A stretch of DNA of 64,000 bases from Verrucomicrobiota bacterium (GCA_049510745.1 JBEKYR010000016.1:1-64000); one strand, 5' to 3'. Counted from the stretch's first letter, positions 1 to 10,688 are shown. Numbers and translations: made by a program. The notes: generated from the sequence alone by a model not told the origin.

Positions 1-439
1 TTCCCACGAGGAGCAGCTCATGCTTATGTCGTTGTGGTGTCTCGCCCCTTCGCCGCTGATGCTCGGCGGTAATCTGCCCGATAATACCCAGTGGGATCTG
101 GATCTCGTCTCCAATGACGAGGTGCTCGCCGTGGACCAGGACTCCTTGGTTAAACCCGCCACACGCGTCAGCCAGCAAGGCCCGCCAAACGCGCGCACCG
201 AGGTTTGGGTTCGCGAGTTAAAGGATGGCAACCGGGCGGTCGGTTTGTTCAACCGCAGCGGCAACGCCACAGAAGTGACTCTCAACTGGGATGAAGCCGC
301 GCTTGCGGGCAAGTGGATAGTTCGCGATCTCTGGCAACATAAGGATCTGGGTGCATTTGATGCCAAACTCGCACTGCAAGTGCCGGCGCACGGAGCAGTG
401 TTGCTGAAACTCAGCCCGGCCTCCAATGGAAAAGAATGA
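1..439 (+). CDS. Alpha-galactosidase (GH27), C-terminal part; gene runs off the window edge
   Basis: SLWCLAPSPLMLG, NDEVLAVDQD, VWVRELKDGNRAVGLFN, VRDLWQH, VPAHGAVLLKL are typical of the GH27 catalytic end plus melibiase C-terminal beta-sandwich. Confidence 0.9.
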   Translation, partial: SHEEQLMLMSLWCLAPSPLMLGGNLPDNTQWDLDLVSNDEVLAVDQDSLVKPATRVSQQGPPNARTEVWVRELKDGNRAVGLFNRSGNATEVTLNWDEAALAGKWIVRDLWQHKDLGAFDAKLALQVPAHGAVLLKLSPASNGKE

Positions 440-617
440 AAATCACTGCTGACTCACTGGGATAAGGGATGAAAAAGAGTTGGCTTGCGGGTTTGAACCC
501 TGCCACAAGGTAGGGGTGTATGAAAAAAGATCTTCTCTCTTCTTCAAATTCCCACCCAATTTCCGCCTGTGTCAGCCCCGAAAAACCTCGAATATCCTCC
601 GTTTCGTGAAACGGAGA

Positions 618-1550
618 TCAGTCGTAGAGGGAAATGCCGGCGCGGAGGCCGTGACTGCGCGCGTTGTATTGACGCAATGTTTGACCGTAGCCCGTAAAGT
701 ATTGAACATGGATTCGGGGTGTGAACCGAATCCACGGCAACACGGTAACGCTCAGATCGAATTTGAGGCTGGAATGGCCTCCGTCGTCGCCCATGCCGTA
801 AGTTACCGCCAGTTTATAGTACTGATCCGGATTGTGGGGACTCTTCCAACTCAGGGTGCCCAGCAGATCAGCGTAGCCGCGATAGTTGGCAATGTCCGGG
901 TTGTTCCTGCTCACGTCTATGACATAGGCCCAGGCGCGCGGGCAGAGGGAGAGTTGCAGGCCGCACGGCTGAACAAACGTGACAGAGGGTTGCAGGTACG
1001 TGGTGTAGAGGCTGCGTTCCCCGGCACCGCCGCGGCCATTGGATTCATGCTCGATCCCGGCTTGGAGATCGAGCCGGACGGGGTTTTTATTCCCGACATC
1101 CAGAACGTCCGGGAAATAAAAGAAGGCCGACGGCTTGTAACTGGTATCGTAGAAGGAGGGGTCCGAGGACAAAAGGTCCCAGAAAGAGGTCTGGGTGTAG
1201 GCCAAATAAAAATTGGTCAAAAGCCGCGCCGAGTGATTGGTGAAGGCAAAGACCTGATACTTCAAACTGAACTGGAACTCGGCGGCGGGATAGGTCCCGA
1301 CCAGGAAATAAATCGGTTCATAGGTGGAGAGATAGCGGGTGAAGGGGGTCGCGAACGAGGAGACGTTCGTCGCCCCTCCCGAAGCCGGACCGGTTGAATC
1401 CTCGGCGGTGACGAGGCGGGGCGCTGCGAGAACCAAGGCGGCGCACAGCCGCCAGGGAAAGGACTCGATCCTGCCGCAAAACATTGAACTCGCACGGACA
1501 AAAAGCGTGGCCATGCGGGCAATTAATGCAGAGTCAAACTTTGCTGTCAA
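618..1550 (-). CDS. pldA: Outer-membrane phospholipase A (OMPLA); true start probably downstream of 1550
   Basis: Catalytic motif HESNG, plus EFQFSLKY, YLAYTQTSFW, QYFTGYGQTL..YN and a terminal beta-strand GISLYD. Confidence 0.9.
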   Translation of the reverse strand: MTAKFDSALIARMATLFVRASSMFCGRIESFPWRLCAALVLAAPRLVTAEDSTGPASGGATNVSSFATPFTRYLSTYEPIYFLVGTYPAAEFQFSLKYQVFAFTNHSARLLTNFYLAYTQTSFWDLLSSDPSFYDTSYKPSAFFYFPDVLDVGNKNPVRLDLQAGIEHESNGRGGAGERSLYTTYLQPSVTFVQPCGLQLSLCPRAWAYVIDVSRNNPDIANYRGYADLLGTLSWKSPHNPDQYYKLAVTYGMGDDGGHSSLKFDLSVTVLPWIRFTPRIHVQYFTGYGQTLRQYNARSHGLRAGISLYD

Positions 1551-1629
1551 TGAATCGTTGCTCTGAGGGGCTTTTTGGGGGGGAACTTGTTCCCGATTTT
1601 GTATATAGAATCACGACGTCAGAATGAAC

Positions 1630-1752
1630 GTAATGCCTCAGTGACGGATGGTAGGGACGGCTCGCCGAGCCGTCCGAGGGTGGTTCCTGCCGGGTGGTCG
1701 CCTCGGCGAGGCGACCCTACCATTCCCAGGCCCACCGTCACTGAGGCATTAC
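1630..1752. mobile_element. 123-bp MITE with perfect 18-bp TIRs and 8-bp target duplication, containing an inverted pair of GTAG-type REPs
   Basis: TIR GTAATGCCTCAGTGACGG at 1630-1647 and inverted at 1735-1752; GAATGAAC at 1622-1629 and 1753-1760; REP hairpins at 1648-1675 and 1696-1723. Confidence 0.85.
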
Positions 1753-1795
1753 GAATGAACTGGTGTTTTCAGAGCCGCGAAATAGAATGTGTTTT

Positions 1796-3808
1796 ATGAA
1801 CCGAATCAAATGGCCGACAAACGAACGTCAGTTTTTAGCGGTGCTTGCCTTCGTCTGCGCGTGCGCCGGCGTCCTGTCATCACCCTTGAACGCGGAAACC
1901 GCCGATGTCTCCCCCGTCCTGCGAATCGACGCCAGCCGGGTGACGGCAAAGGCCAGCCCGACGCTTTATGGGCTGATGACCGAGGAGATCAATTATTCCT
2001 ATGAAGGCGGACTTTACGGCGAGCTGATCCGCAACCGTTCGTTCAAGGCCAGCACCAACGAGGCGAGATTTTGGACGGCCTTGGGCAGCGGGGCCATCAC
2101 GCTCGACGCCAGCACACCGCTGAATGAGGCGCTGAACGTGAGCTTGAAGCTGGATGCGGCGGGCGCCTCGCAGAGTGCTCCCGCCGGCATAGCCAACGGC
2201 GGCTATTGGGGGATTCCTGTTCGCCCGAAGACGACGTATCACGCGTCGTTTTACGCCAGGGCGGCAAATGGTTTTACCGGGCCGCTGAGGGTTGCAATCG
2301 TCAGCACGAACTGGACAACAACCGTTGCCAGCGCGGAAGTTTCCGGGCTGACCGGCGACTGGAAAAAATACGAAGTCACCCTGACGACGAAAAGGGTGAC
2401 GCCATCGAAGGATAATATTTTCACCATTACGACCTCCGCGCCCGGCCTGGTCTGGTTTCAGCAAGTGTCGCTGTTTCCGCCGACGTTCAAGGGACGAGCC
2501 AACGGAAACCGTCCTGACATCATGCAACTGCTGGGGGACATGAACCCGAAGTTTCTTCGTTTTCCCGGCGGCAATTATCTCGAAGGCAATACCATTGAGA
2601 CGCGGTTTAACTGGAAGAAAACCGTCGGCGATATCGCGGAACGCCCTGGCCACAGGAACGACGGATGGGGTTACTGGTCCACCGACGGCCTGGGACTGCT
2701 GGAATTTCTGGAGTGGTGTGAAGACCTCGAGATGCAGCCGGTGCTGGCCATTTACGCCGGCTACTCGATGCGCCAGCGGCACGTCGCGCCCGGCGACGAT
2801 TTGCAGCCGTATGTGCAGGAGGGGCTCGACGAGATTGAATATGTCACTGGCGACGCCAGCACGCACTGGGGCGGGCAGCGGGCCAAGGACGGCCATCCCG
2901 CCCCGTTCGGCTTGAACTACGTTGAAATCGGCAATGAGGATTTTTTCGACAGGTCCGGCAGTTACGAGGAGCGGTTCGCGCAATTTTATGACGCGATCAA
3001 GGCCAAGTATCCGAGCTTGCAGGTCATCGCCACCGACAAGGTAAAAAGCCGCCAGCCCGATCTGGTGGATGAACATTATTATCGCACGCAGGAAGAGATG
3101 GAAGCCCACGCGCACGATTACGACAAATATGCGCGCACCAACCACACCAAGATATTTTGCGGCGAATGGGCGACGCGCATCGGTTCGCCGACGCCGAACA
3201 TGGCGGGAGCGCTGGGCGACGCGGCGTGGATGACGGGGATGGAACGCAACTCCGACATCGTCCTGATGTCCTGCTATGCGCCGCTGTTCGTCAACGTGAG
3301 TCCCGGAGCGATGCAATGGAAGACCGATTTGATTGGCTACGATGCCATGACGAGCTACGGCTCACCGGCCTATTACGCGCAGAAAATGTTCAGCACGCAC
3401 CATGGCGATGAAGTGCTTGCCACCAGTGCGCAAAACATACCCACCTACCAGTGGCAGCCGCCCACCAGACGCAGAAACGGCGACGAACAACCGCGGCCGG
3501 CAGCCCAAGATGTGCCGACGCTCTTCTTTGATGCGACGCGCGAGAGCCAGAGCGGGACGATTTATTTGAAAGTCGTCAACCGCCGGGACGTGGCGCAGCC
3601 GGTGGAGATTGAAATCAGCGGGGTTTCAAAGGTTTCTAAAAAAGGGAAGTCCATCTCATTGAAGGCGGAGAAGCCGACGGACACCAATTCGATAAAGGAA
3701 CCGAAGAAAATCGTTCCTAGAATCGAAAGGGCCAGGGGACTTGGCGCAAACTTTACGCGCATCTTCCCCCCGTTTTCCATCACGGTTCTGGAACTGAACG
3801 CAAAGTGA
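1796..3808 (+). CDS. Alpha-L-arabinofuranosidase (GH51) with CBM4/9-like insert, secreted
   Basis: LYGLMTEEINYSYEGGLYGELIRNRSF, LRFPGGNYLEG, EIGNED, DEHYY, GEWA, MERNSDIV, YAPLF; signal peptide; ATG 1796 chosen. Confidence 0.92.
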   Translation: MNRIKWPTNERQFLAVLAFVCACAGVLSSPLNAETADVSPVLRIDASRVTAKASPTLYGLMTEEINYSYEGGLYGELIRNRSFKASTNEARFWTALGSGAITLDASTPLNEALNVSLKLDAAGASQSAPAGIANGGYWGIPVRPKTTYHASFYARAANGFTGPLRVAIVSTNWTTTVASAEVSGLTGDWKKYEVTLTTKRVTPSKDNIFTITTSAPGLVWFQQVSLFPPTFKGRANGNRPDIMQLLGDMNPKFLRFPGGNYLEGNTIETRFNWKKTVGDIAERPGHRNDGWGYWSTDGLGLLEFLEWCEDLEMQPVLAIYAGYSMRQRHVAPGDDLQPYVQEGLDEIEYVTGDASTHWGGQRAKDGHPAPFGLNYVEIGNEDFFDRSGSYEERFAQFYDAIKAKYPSLQVIATDKVKSRQPDLVDEHYYRTQEEMEAHAHDYDKYARTNHTKIFCGEWATRIGSPTPNMAGALGDAAWMTGMERNSDIVLMSCYAPLFVNVSPGAMQWKTDLIGYDAMTSYGSPAYYAQKMFSTHHGDEVLATSAQNIPTYQWQPPTRRRNGDEQPRPAAQDVPTLFFDATRESQSGTIYLKVVNRRDVAQPVEIEISGVSKVSKKGKSISLKAEKPTDTNSIKEPKKIVPRIERARGLGANFTRIFPPFSITVLELNAK

Positions 3809-3890
3809 TTCCAGAAAACGAATCCAGCCCCTCCGAACCCCCCGGAATTCCGAGTGGACAAGGCACGGGCCGGGGCGGTACAACCAGTGC

Positions 3891-6554
3891 ATGACAAAGA
3901 TATTGCGAAGAAATCATCTGCCCAACCCCCTCTCACTTTTTTGGCCGCTGCCGGCGTTGCTGACGGTTTTCCTGTCGGCTCTGACGGCGTGGGCGCAGCC
4001 GGTTGCACCGGCGGAACGGGTTTCGCTGGATGCGGGCTGGCGCTTTGAGAAAGGCGACCCGGCGGAGGCGGCGGGAAAGCTGGAGTATTCGGAAATCAAG
4101 CAGTGGGTGGAGGCGACAGGCGCCGCCTTCACAACGAATGCGGAGGCGGCGGCGAAAACCAGGCCGGAGGGCGATCCGGGCGGAGCGATTTCGTTCGCGC
4201 AAAACAACTTTGATGACGGTCAATGGCGATTGCTGAACCTGCCGCACGACTGGGGAATCGAGGGGCCGTTCAAGCAGGAGTATCCCGGTGAAACCGGCAA
4301 GCTGCCGTGGTGGGGCGTGGCCTGGTATCGGAAGCACTTGGATGTGCCGGCGTCCGATCAGGGGCGGCGGATTTATCTGGACGTGGATGGCGCCATGGCT
4401 TGCGCCACCGTCTGGCTCAACGGGCATTTCATCGGCGGCTGGCCCTACGGTTACGCTTCGTGGCGGGTGGAACTGACGCCGGGGATCAAATTTGGCGGCG
4501 ACAACGTCATTGCCATTCGTCTTGACAACCCGAAGAATTCCTCGCGCTGGTATCCGGGCGGGGGCATTTACCGCAACGTCTGGCTGGTCAAGACGGCGCC
4601 GGTCCACGTGGCGCAATGGGGCACTTACGTGACGACGCCGCAGGCCGAGGCGGCGGCCGCCACGGTGAAGGTGCGCGTCAGCGTGGAGAACGACACTGAG
4701 GCGGAGAGCACGGTCGCGGTGAAGAACGAAATTTTCGAACTGGGCGCGGACGGCGCCAAAGGGCGCTCGCTGGCGGCGCTGGCGACGGGCAACGTGAAGA
4801 TCGCGGCGCATCAAGCGGAATCGACGGAAAACCAGATCACGATCGGACATCCCCGGCTTTGGAGCCTGGAGAAACCGGACCGTTACGCGGTGGTCACGTC
4901 GGTCGAGCAGGATGGGAAAGTTATTGACAGATACGAGACGCCGTTTGGAATCCGGACGATTCAGTTCACGGCGGACAAGGGTTTTTTGCTGAACGGGCGG
5001 CGGGCGCCGTTGAACGGCGTTTGCGATCATCACGATCTGGGCGCGCTGGGGGCGGCGATCAACGCGCGGGGGTTGCAGCGGCAGATTGAGATTTTGAAGG
5101 AGATGGGCTGCAACGCCATTCGCACCAGCCACAATCCGCCCGCGCCGGAGTTGCTCGATCTGTGCGACCGGCTGGGCATGGTGGTGATGGATGAGTCGTT
5201 CGACTGCTGGAAAAGCGGCAAGTCGCGCAACGATTATCATTTGTTCTTCGACGCCTGGCATGAAAAGGATTGGCGGGCGGAACTGCGGCGGGACCGCAAT
5301 CATCCCTGCGTTATTCTCTGGAGCATTGGCAATGAAATCTCCGAGCAAGGGTCGGAGGCGGGGCATAAGATCGCGGCGGAACTGACGGCCATCGCCCACC
5401 AGGAGGACCCGACGCGGCCCACGACGGCGGCCTGCAACAACACGAGGGCCGGCTACAATGGATTCCAAAACTGCGTTGATGTGTTCGGCTACAATTACAA
5501 GCCGACCGAGTACGGAAAATTCCGGCGGGCCAACGCCAGCCAGGCGTTGTTCGGGAGCGAGACGGCGTCGTGCATCAGTTCGCGCGGGGAATACTTTTTC
5601 CCGGTCAGCACCAATAAGAACGGCGGGAAGGCGGATTTCCAGATGAGTTCGTACGATCTCTACGCGCCGCCCTGGGCGACGACGCCGGATCGGGAGTTCA
5701 GGGGCCAGGATGAGAATCCGTTCGTGGCCGGAGAATTTGTCTGGACGGGATTCGATTACCTGGGCGAACCGACGCCGTATAATAGCGACCTGAGCAATCT
5801 GCTCAACTTCACCGACCCGGCCGAGCAGGCGCGGATGAAGAAGGAATTGGACGAGGTGGGGCGGATCGCGACCCCGTCGCGCAGTTCGTATTTCGGGATA
5901 GTCGATCTGGCCGGATTCAAGAAGGACCGGTTTTATCTTTACCAGGCCCGCTGGCGGCCGGAATTGCCGATGGCGCACATCCTGCCGCACTGGAACTGGC
6001 CGGGGCGCGTCGGCCAGGTCACGCCGGTGCATGTCTATACGTCGGGCGACGAGGCGGAGTTGTTCCTGAACGGCAAATCGCTCGGCCGCAAGGCCAGGGG
6101 TCCGTTGGAATATCGCCTGCATTGGGACGAGGTGGTGTATGAGCCGGGCAAGCTGAAAGTTGTCGCCTACAAAGCCGGCCACAAGTGGGCAACGGAAACC
6201 GTGAAGACAGCCGGCGCGCCGGCGAAACTGCTCTTGCGGGCTGACCGAAAAAAAATTCGGGCCGATGGTTGGGACCTATCCTACGTTACCGTGACGGTGG
6301 CCGACAAACAGGGCCGGCAGGCGCCGCGCGCCCGGAATCATGTGAAGTTTGAGTTGGAAGGCCCCGGCGAAATCGTGGCGACGGACAACGGCGACGCGAC
6401 CAGTTTCGAGCCGTTCCAGGCGCCGGAGCGGAACGCGTTCAACGGACTGGCGCTGGTCATCGTGCGCGCCAAGGCCGGCCAGCCGGGAGCCTTGCGCCTG
6501 AAGGCCACGTCGGACGGTCTGAAAGAAGCGACTGTCAAGATCACCAGCCGTTGA
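3891..6554 (+). CDS. Beta-galactosidase (GH2, GalB-like), secreted
   Basis: LPHDWGIEG, SSRWYPGGGIYRNV, GVCDHHDLGALG, IRTSHNPP, WSIGNE, WTGFDYLGEPTP. Confidence 0.92.
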   Translation: MTKILRRNHLPNPLSLFWPLPALLTVFLSALTAWAQPVAPAERVSLDAGWRFEKGDPAEAAGKLEYSEIKQWVEATGAAFTTNAEAAAKTRPEGDPGGAISFAQNNFDDGQWRLLNLPHDWGIEGPFKQEYPGETGKLPWWGVAWYRKHLDVPASDQGRRIYLDVDGAMACATVWLNGHFIGGWPYGYASWRVELTPGIKFGGDNVIAIRLDNPKNSSRWYPGGGIYRNVWLVKTAPVHVAQWGTYVTTPQAEAAAATVKVRVSVENDTEAESTVAVKNEIFELGADGAKGRSLAALATGNVKIAAHQAESTENQITIGHPRLWSLEKPDRYAVVTSVEQDGKVIDRYETPFGIRTIQFTADKGFLLNGRRAPLNGVCDHHDLGALGAAINARGLQRQIEILKEMGCNAIRTSHNPPAPELLDLCDRLGMVVMDESFDCWKSGKSRNDYHLFFDAWHEKDWRAELRRDRNHPCVILWSIGNEISEQGSEAGHKIAAELTAIAHQEDPTRPTTAACNNTRAGYNGFQNCVDVFGYNYKPTEYGKFRRANASQALFGSETASCISSRGEYFFPVSTNKNGGKADFQMSSYDLYAPPWATTPDREFRGQDENPFVAGEFVWTGFDYLGEPTPYNSDLSNLLNFTDPAEQARMKKELDEVGRIATPSRSSYFGIVDLAGFKKDRFYLYQARWRPELPMAHILPHWNWPGRVGQVTPVHVYTSGDEAELFLNGKSLGRKARGPLEYRLHWDEVVYEPGKLKVVAYKAGHKWATETVKTAGAPAKLLLRADRKKIRADGWDLSYVTVTVADKQGRQAPRARNHVKFELEGPGEIVATDNGDATSFEPFQAPERNAFNGLALVIVRAKAGQPGALRLKATSDGLKEATVKITSR

Positions 6555-6786
6555 CGATGGAGATTCGTCCTTCGGGAACGGATTCTTCGAGGTTCATAAT
6601 TGATGATGCTTTGGCCGAAAAACTGACCCTTTGGCAAAGAATGTCACAATTATAGGCGCCGTCCGCACGGGCCACAGCCTTCATACGAACTTCTTAATTG
6701 CGGACCACTTTTCTTGGCAATCGCTGGAGCCGCCGATTCGATCGGATTGAGTTGTATGTTTTTCACGGACTCGCTAGTGTGGCTTC

Positions 6787-9018
6787 ATGCGAATGGAAGT
6801 CCGACTTTCTATCGTTTTCCTTTGTCTGCTTTCCGCCGGCGCGCTTCACGGGGCTCCAGCCGCTCAGGAGCCGCAGCTTACCAATACGAGTTACTTGCGC
6901 GACGACGCAGAGACGCGCGGCTTCATGCTCGGACGGCCGACCAAGGCGGTGCCAACGCCGGATGGTCGGGCTGTCCTGTTTCTGTGTGCGCAAGCACGCA
7001 AGCCACAACTCCATCTTTATGAGTTCGACGTGGCAAACGGACGGACGCGTGAATTGATTGCGCCGGCGCAGTTGCTCAAGGGAGCGGAGGAAAAGTTGTC
7101 GCCCGAGGAAAAGGCACGACGCGAACGAATGCGCGTGAGCGTTGGCGGTTTCACGGACTTCCAGCTTTCAAAGGATGGCAGCCGCGTCTTGCTGAGCTTG
7201 TCCGGAAAGCTTTACCTCTTGGAACGATCGACCCGTGAGGTGCGCCAAATAAACACAGGTATTGGCACTTTGTTGGACCCGAAGTTTTCACCTGACGGAC
7301 AGCGTATTGCGTATGTGCTGGACCACGACGTATTCGTGTTCGATCTCGGGACGCAGACCGAGCGGCGGGTGACCATCGGTGGCACGGACAAGTTGCGCCA
7401 TGGCGTCGCTGAATTCGTTGCTCAGGAAGAGATGGGACGATTCTCCGGTTACTGGTGGTCACCCGACTCGCGGTTTATCGCCTACGCGGAAACCGATCAC
7501 GAAGGCGTTGAGGTTTGGAACGTCGCCGACCCTGCAAAGCCGGACGAGCCGCCGTTCGCATCCTATTATCCGCGGCCCGGCAAGAAAAACGTGAAAGTGC
7601 GCCTTGGGGTCATCCCGGTGGATGGCGGCCAGACGGTGTGGATGCACTGGGACGCAGAGCGCTACCCATATCTCACGTCGGTGGTTTGGGAAAAGAACGG
7701 TCCCTTGACATTGGCCGTGCAGACTCGCGACCAACGCGAGTTGGCGCTGCTGGAAGCGGACGCCGGATCAGGGCGCACGACTGCGCTGCTTACGGAGCGC
7801 GATGCGGCCTGGATTGACGTGCGGCAGGACGTGCCGCGCTGGCTGCCCGATGGGCAGGGTTTCTTGTGGGCGAGTGAGAAGAAGGAAGGCTGGCAGCTCG
7901 AATGGCGCCAGCGCACAGGGGAATTTCACCGCGTCCTGGCGCAGGCTGGAGACGGATTCCGGGAGTTGTTGCATGTTGACGAAAAATCGGGCGAAGCATT
8001 CTTCATCGGCTGCCCCGATCCTACCCAGTTTCAACTTTACAAAGTGGCGCCGGCCTCTGCGCCAGTGGCTTTGACGCATGAGGTGGGAAATCACAGTGGC
8101 AGCTTTGGTGAAGGCAGCGCGGTTTATGTGCGCACGATTTCGCCGCTGGACGCCATGCCGCGATCAACCGTTCATCGCGCGGACGGCTCGCTGGTTGGCG
8201 AACTGCCGTCCGTTGCCGAAGAGCCGCCTTTTGTGCCACGAGTCCAACTGACCAAGGCCGGCGCCGGCGCCGGCTTTTACGCCGCACTGGTTCGCCCGCG
8301 CAATTTCGAAGCGACCCAGCGCTACCCGGTGATCGATTATGTCTATGGTGGACCTCTGCCGCCGACTTGGCACGGCGTGGTCACGACCTCCATGAACGTC
8401 TGGTTGGGGGCGCAATGGTTGGCCGATCAAGGTTTCATCGTGGTCAGCATTGACGGTCGTGGAACTCCCGGACGTGGGCATGATTGGGAGCGCGCCATCG
8501 GGAAGCATTTCGGATCGGTGCCATTGGAAGATCAGATCACCGCCCTGCGGGAGTTGGGCAGGAAGTATCCCGAGTTGGACTTGGAGCGGGTGGGGATTTA
8601 CGGGTGGTCTTTTGGCGGTTACATGTCCGCCTTGGCCGTGCTTCGCCGGCCTGACGTGTTCAAGGCCGGGGTGGCCGGCGCGCCGCCAGCGGACTGGCTC
8701 GATTACGACACGTTTTACACCGAACGTTATCTTGGAATGCCCGACACCGATGCCGACGCCTATACCGAAGGTTCGTTGCTCACGTATGCCGGAAGTTTGC
8801 AGCGCCCCTTGCTGCTCATTCACGGGACGGGGGACGACAATGTGTATTTTCGGCACACCCTTAGACTGGCGAACGCGTTGTTCCGCGCTGGCAGGGAGTT
8901 CGGGTTGCTGCCGCTCTCCAGCATGACGCACATGACGCCCGATCCGGTCGTCAGGGAGCAGCTCTACAGCCGGATAGCCCGATATTTCCAAACGCATCTG
9001 GGCAAGCCGACGCAATAG
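6787..9018 (+). CDS. Dipeptidyl peptidase IV (S9B), secreted
   Basis: GVAEFVAQEEM, nucleophile GWSFGG, HGTGDDNV, C-terminal His (MTH); DPPIV_N propeller. Confidence 0.92.
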   Translation: MRMEVRLSIVFLCLLSAGALHGAPAAQEPQLTNTSYLRDDAETRGFMLGRPTKAVPTPDGRAVLFLCAQARKPQLHLYEFDVANGRTRELIAPAQLLKGAEEKLSPEEKARRERMRVSVGGFTDFQLSKDGSRVLLSLSGKLYLLERSTREVRQINTGIGTLLDPKFSPDGQRIAYVLDHDVFVFDLGTQTERRVTIGGTDKLRHGVAEFVAQEEMGRFSGYWWSPDSRFIAYAETDHEGVEVWNVADPAKPDEPPFASYYPRPGKKNVKVRLGVIPVDGGQTVWMHWDAERYPYLTSVVWEKNGPLTLAVQTRDQRELALLEADAGSGRTTALLTERDAAWIDVRQDVPRWLPDGQGFLWASEKKEGWQLEWRQRTGEFHRVLAQAGDGFRELLHVDEKSGEAFFIGCPDPTQFQLYKVAPASAPVALTHEVGNHSGSFGEGSAVYVRTISPLDAMPRSTVHRADGSLVGELPSVAEEPPFVPRVQLTKAGAGAGFYAALVRPRNFEATQRYPVIDYVYGGPLPPTWHGVVTTSMNVWLGAQWLADQGFIVVSIDGRGTPGRGHDWERAIGKHFGSVPLEDQITALRELGRKYPELDLERVGIYGWSFGGYMSALAVLRRPDVFKAGVAGAPPADWLDYDTFYTERYLGMPDTDADAYTEGSLLTYAGSLQRPLLLIHGTGDDNVYFRHTLRLANALFRAGREFGLLPLSSMTHMTPDPVVREQLYSRIARYFQTHLGKPTQ

Positions 9019-9224
9019 AGTGGATTCGGCGAGCAGCCACGTTATGCTCTGATTTAGGCAACTCGGTTTTTAACACCGTATACATCCTATAAGCTCTTAA
9101 ATCTTAAGAACTCCAATTAAAAATCCCCCGAAGGACCCGGAATAACCTCTTATCTACCCACGAAATTCCCAGAATATCCCGGGAACGGTGAGGACGGCAG
9201 CGGCCCTGCTCGCAAGATTAAAGG

Positions 9225-10607
9225 CTATGTTTGAGTGGCCGGGTTGAGCAGTTCGTCAAGTTTAGCCTTGTCCAGGCCGGAGATTTCCAGCGCGACTTCG
9301 CGGATGGTGCGGTTGGTTTCGTAGGCGACCTTGGCGATCTTGGCCGCTTTGTCGTAGCCGATGACGGGGGCGAGGATGGTGCAATTGGAAAGGCTCAATT
9401 CCAGGTTGGCTTTGCATTTTTCCCGATCGACTTCCAGTCCGCTGACGCAGCGGCGGGCGAAAACTTCGGCGCCCGTGGCCAGCAATTCGATGGCTTGCAA
9501 TAAGTTGTAGGCCATGACGGGCATCATGACGTTGAGTTCAAAGTTGCCGAAGCTGCCGCAGAAGGTGATGGCGGCGTCGTTGCCGAGCACTTGGGCGCAG
9601 ACTTGCAGGAGCATTTCGCACATGACCGGATTGACCTTGCCGGGCATGATGGAGGAGCCGGGCTGGGTGGCCGGCAAGCGCAATTCGCCCAAACCCAGAC
9701 GCGGCCCGGAGCCGAGAAAGCGGATGTCGTTGGCGATCTTAATGAGACTGACGGCGACGGTCTTGAGCGCGCCGGAGGTTTCGACGACGGCGTCGCGGCC
9801 GGCTTGCGCCTCGAAGTGATTCTCGGCTTCGCGAATGCTGAGACCGGTTTCGGCGGCGATGCGGGCGATGGTGCGGCGGGCAAATTGCGGGTCGGTGTTG
9901 ATGCCGGTGCCGACGGCGGTGCCGCCGAGAGCCAATTCACCCAGGTTTTTTTGCGTGGCCCGGAGACGGGCCAGGCCATGTTGAACCTGGCTGGCGTAGC
10001 CGCCGAACTCCTGGCCGAGCCGGATGGGAGTGGCGTCCTGCAAATGGGTGCGTCCGATTTTGAGGACATCGTGGAATTCGCGCGCCTTTTTATCGAGAGC
10101 CTGGTGGAGTTCGGCCAGGGCCGGAAGGAGAGAGCGTTCGATGCCTTCCAGGGCGGCCAGATGAATGGCGGTGGGAATGGCGTCGTTGCTGGATTGGCCG
10201 CGGTTGACATGATCGTTGGGATGGACGAGTTTGCCGCCGCGCTGGCCGCCGAGCAGTTCCATGGCGCGATTGGCAATGACCTCGTTGGCATTCATGTTGG
10301 TCGAGGTGCCGGAGCCGGTCTGGAAAATATCGAGCACGAATTCGCCGTCCCATTTGCCGTCGATGACTTCCTGGGCGGCCTGGACGATGGCGGCGGCCAA
10401 TTCGGGTTTAAGCCCGCCCAATTCCTGGTTGGTGAGGGCGGCGTGCTTTTTAATCAGGCCGAGCGCGCGAATGAAGCGGCGCGGAAAGCGCAGATCACTG
10501 ATGGGAAAATTTTCCACGGCGCGGGCGGTTTGGGCGCCGTAGAAGGCGGAGGCGGGCACTTGCATCGCCCCCATCGAATCCGTTTCGGTGCGAAATTGAT
10601 TGTTCAC
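9225..10607 (-). CDS. fumC: Class II fumarate hydratase
   Basis: FQTGSGTSTNMNANEV, GRTHLQDATP, GSSIMPGKVNP. Confidence 0.96.
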   Translation of the reverse strand: MNNQFRTETDSMGAMQVPASAFYGAQTARAVENFPISDLRFPRRFIRALGLIKKHAALTNQELGGLKPELAAAIVQAAQEVIDGKWDGEFVLDIFQTGSGTSTNMNANEVIANRAMELLGGQRGGKLVHPNDHVNRGQSSNDAIPTAIHLAALEGIERSLLPALAELHQALDKKAREFHDVLKIGRTHLQDATPIRLGQEFGGYASQVQHGLARLRATQKNLGELALGGTAVGTGINTDPQFARRTIARIAAETGLSIREAENHFEAQAGRDAVVETSGALKTVAVSLIKIANDIRFLGSGPRLGLGELRLPATQPGSSIMPGKVNPVMCEMLLQVCAQVLGNDAAITFCGSFGNFELNVMMPVMAYNLLQAIELLATGAEVFARRCVSGLEVDREKCKANLELSLSNCTILAPVIGYDKAAKIAKVAYETNRTIREVALEISGLDKAKLDELLNPATQT

Positions 10608-10688
10608 GAGATGGAGGATGCGCTGCCGGGCAAGGGCAGCTCAAGCGGAAAGATCGCGCCAGATTGGAGCTTGCGTGGAACGGAGGCT

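Noticed and set aside
597..616. Hairpin CTCCGTTTC-GT-GAAACGGAG as intrinsic terminator
   Set aside because: No U-tract on either side, so function is unsupported.
480..1397. 305-aa + strand ORF
   Set aside because: Antisense shadow of pldA, with no motifs of its own.
3933..6182. Long antisense ORFs (also 1880-3316, 16219-17970, 25428-26864, 52444-54180 and others)
   Set aside because: Mirror frames of well-supported genes, expected with high-GC codon bias.
6557..6655. 32-codon ORF right after the GH2 stop
   Set aside because: No recognisable features; lies in an AT-rich patch and cannot be supported as a gene.
9019..9224. AT-rich spacer between convergent genes with 8-bp inverted repeat GCGAGCAG/CTGCTCGC
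   Set aside because: Repeat is too short, with no target duplication and no recognisable RNA structure.
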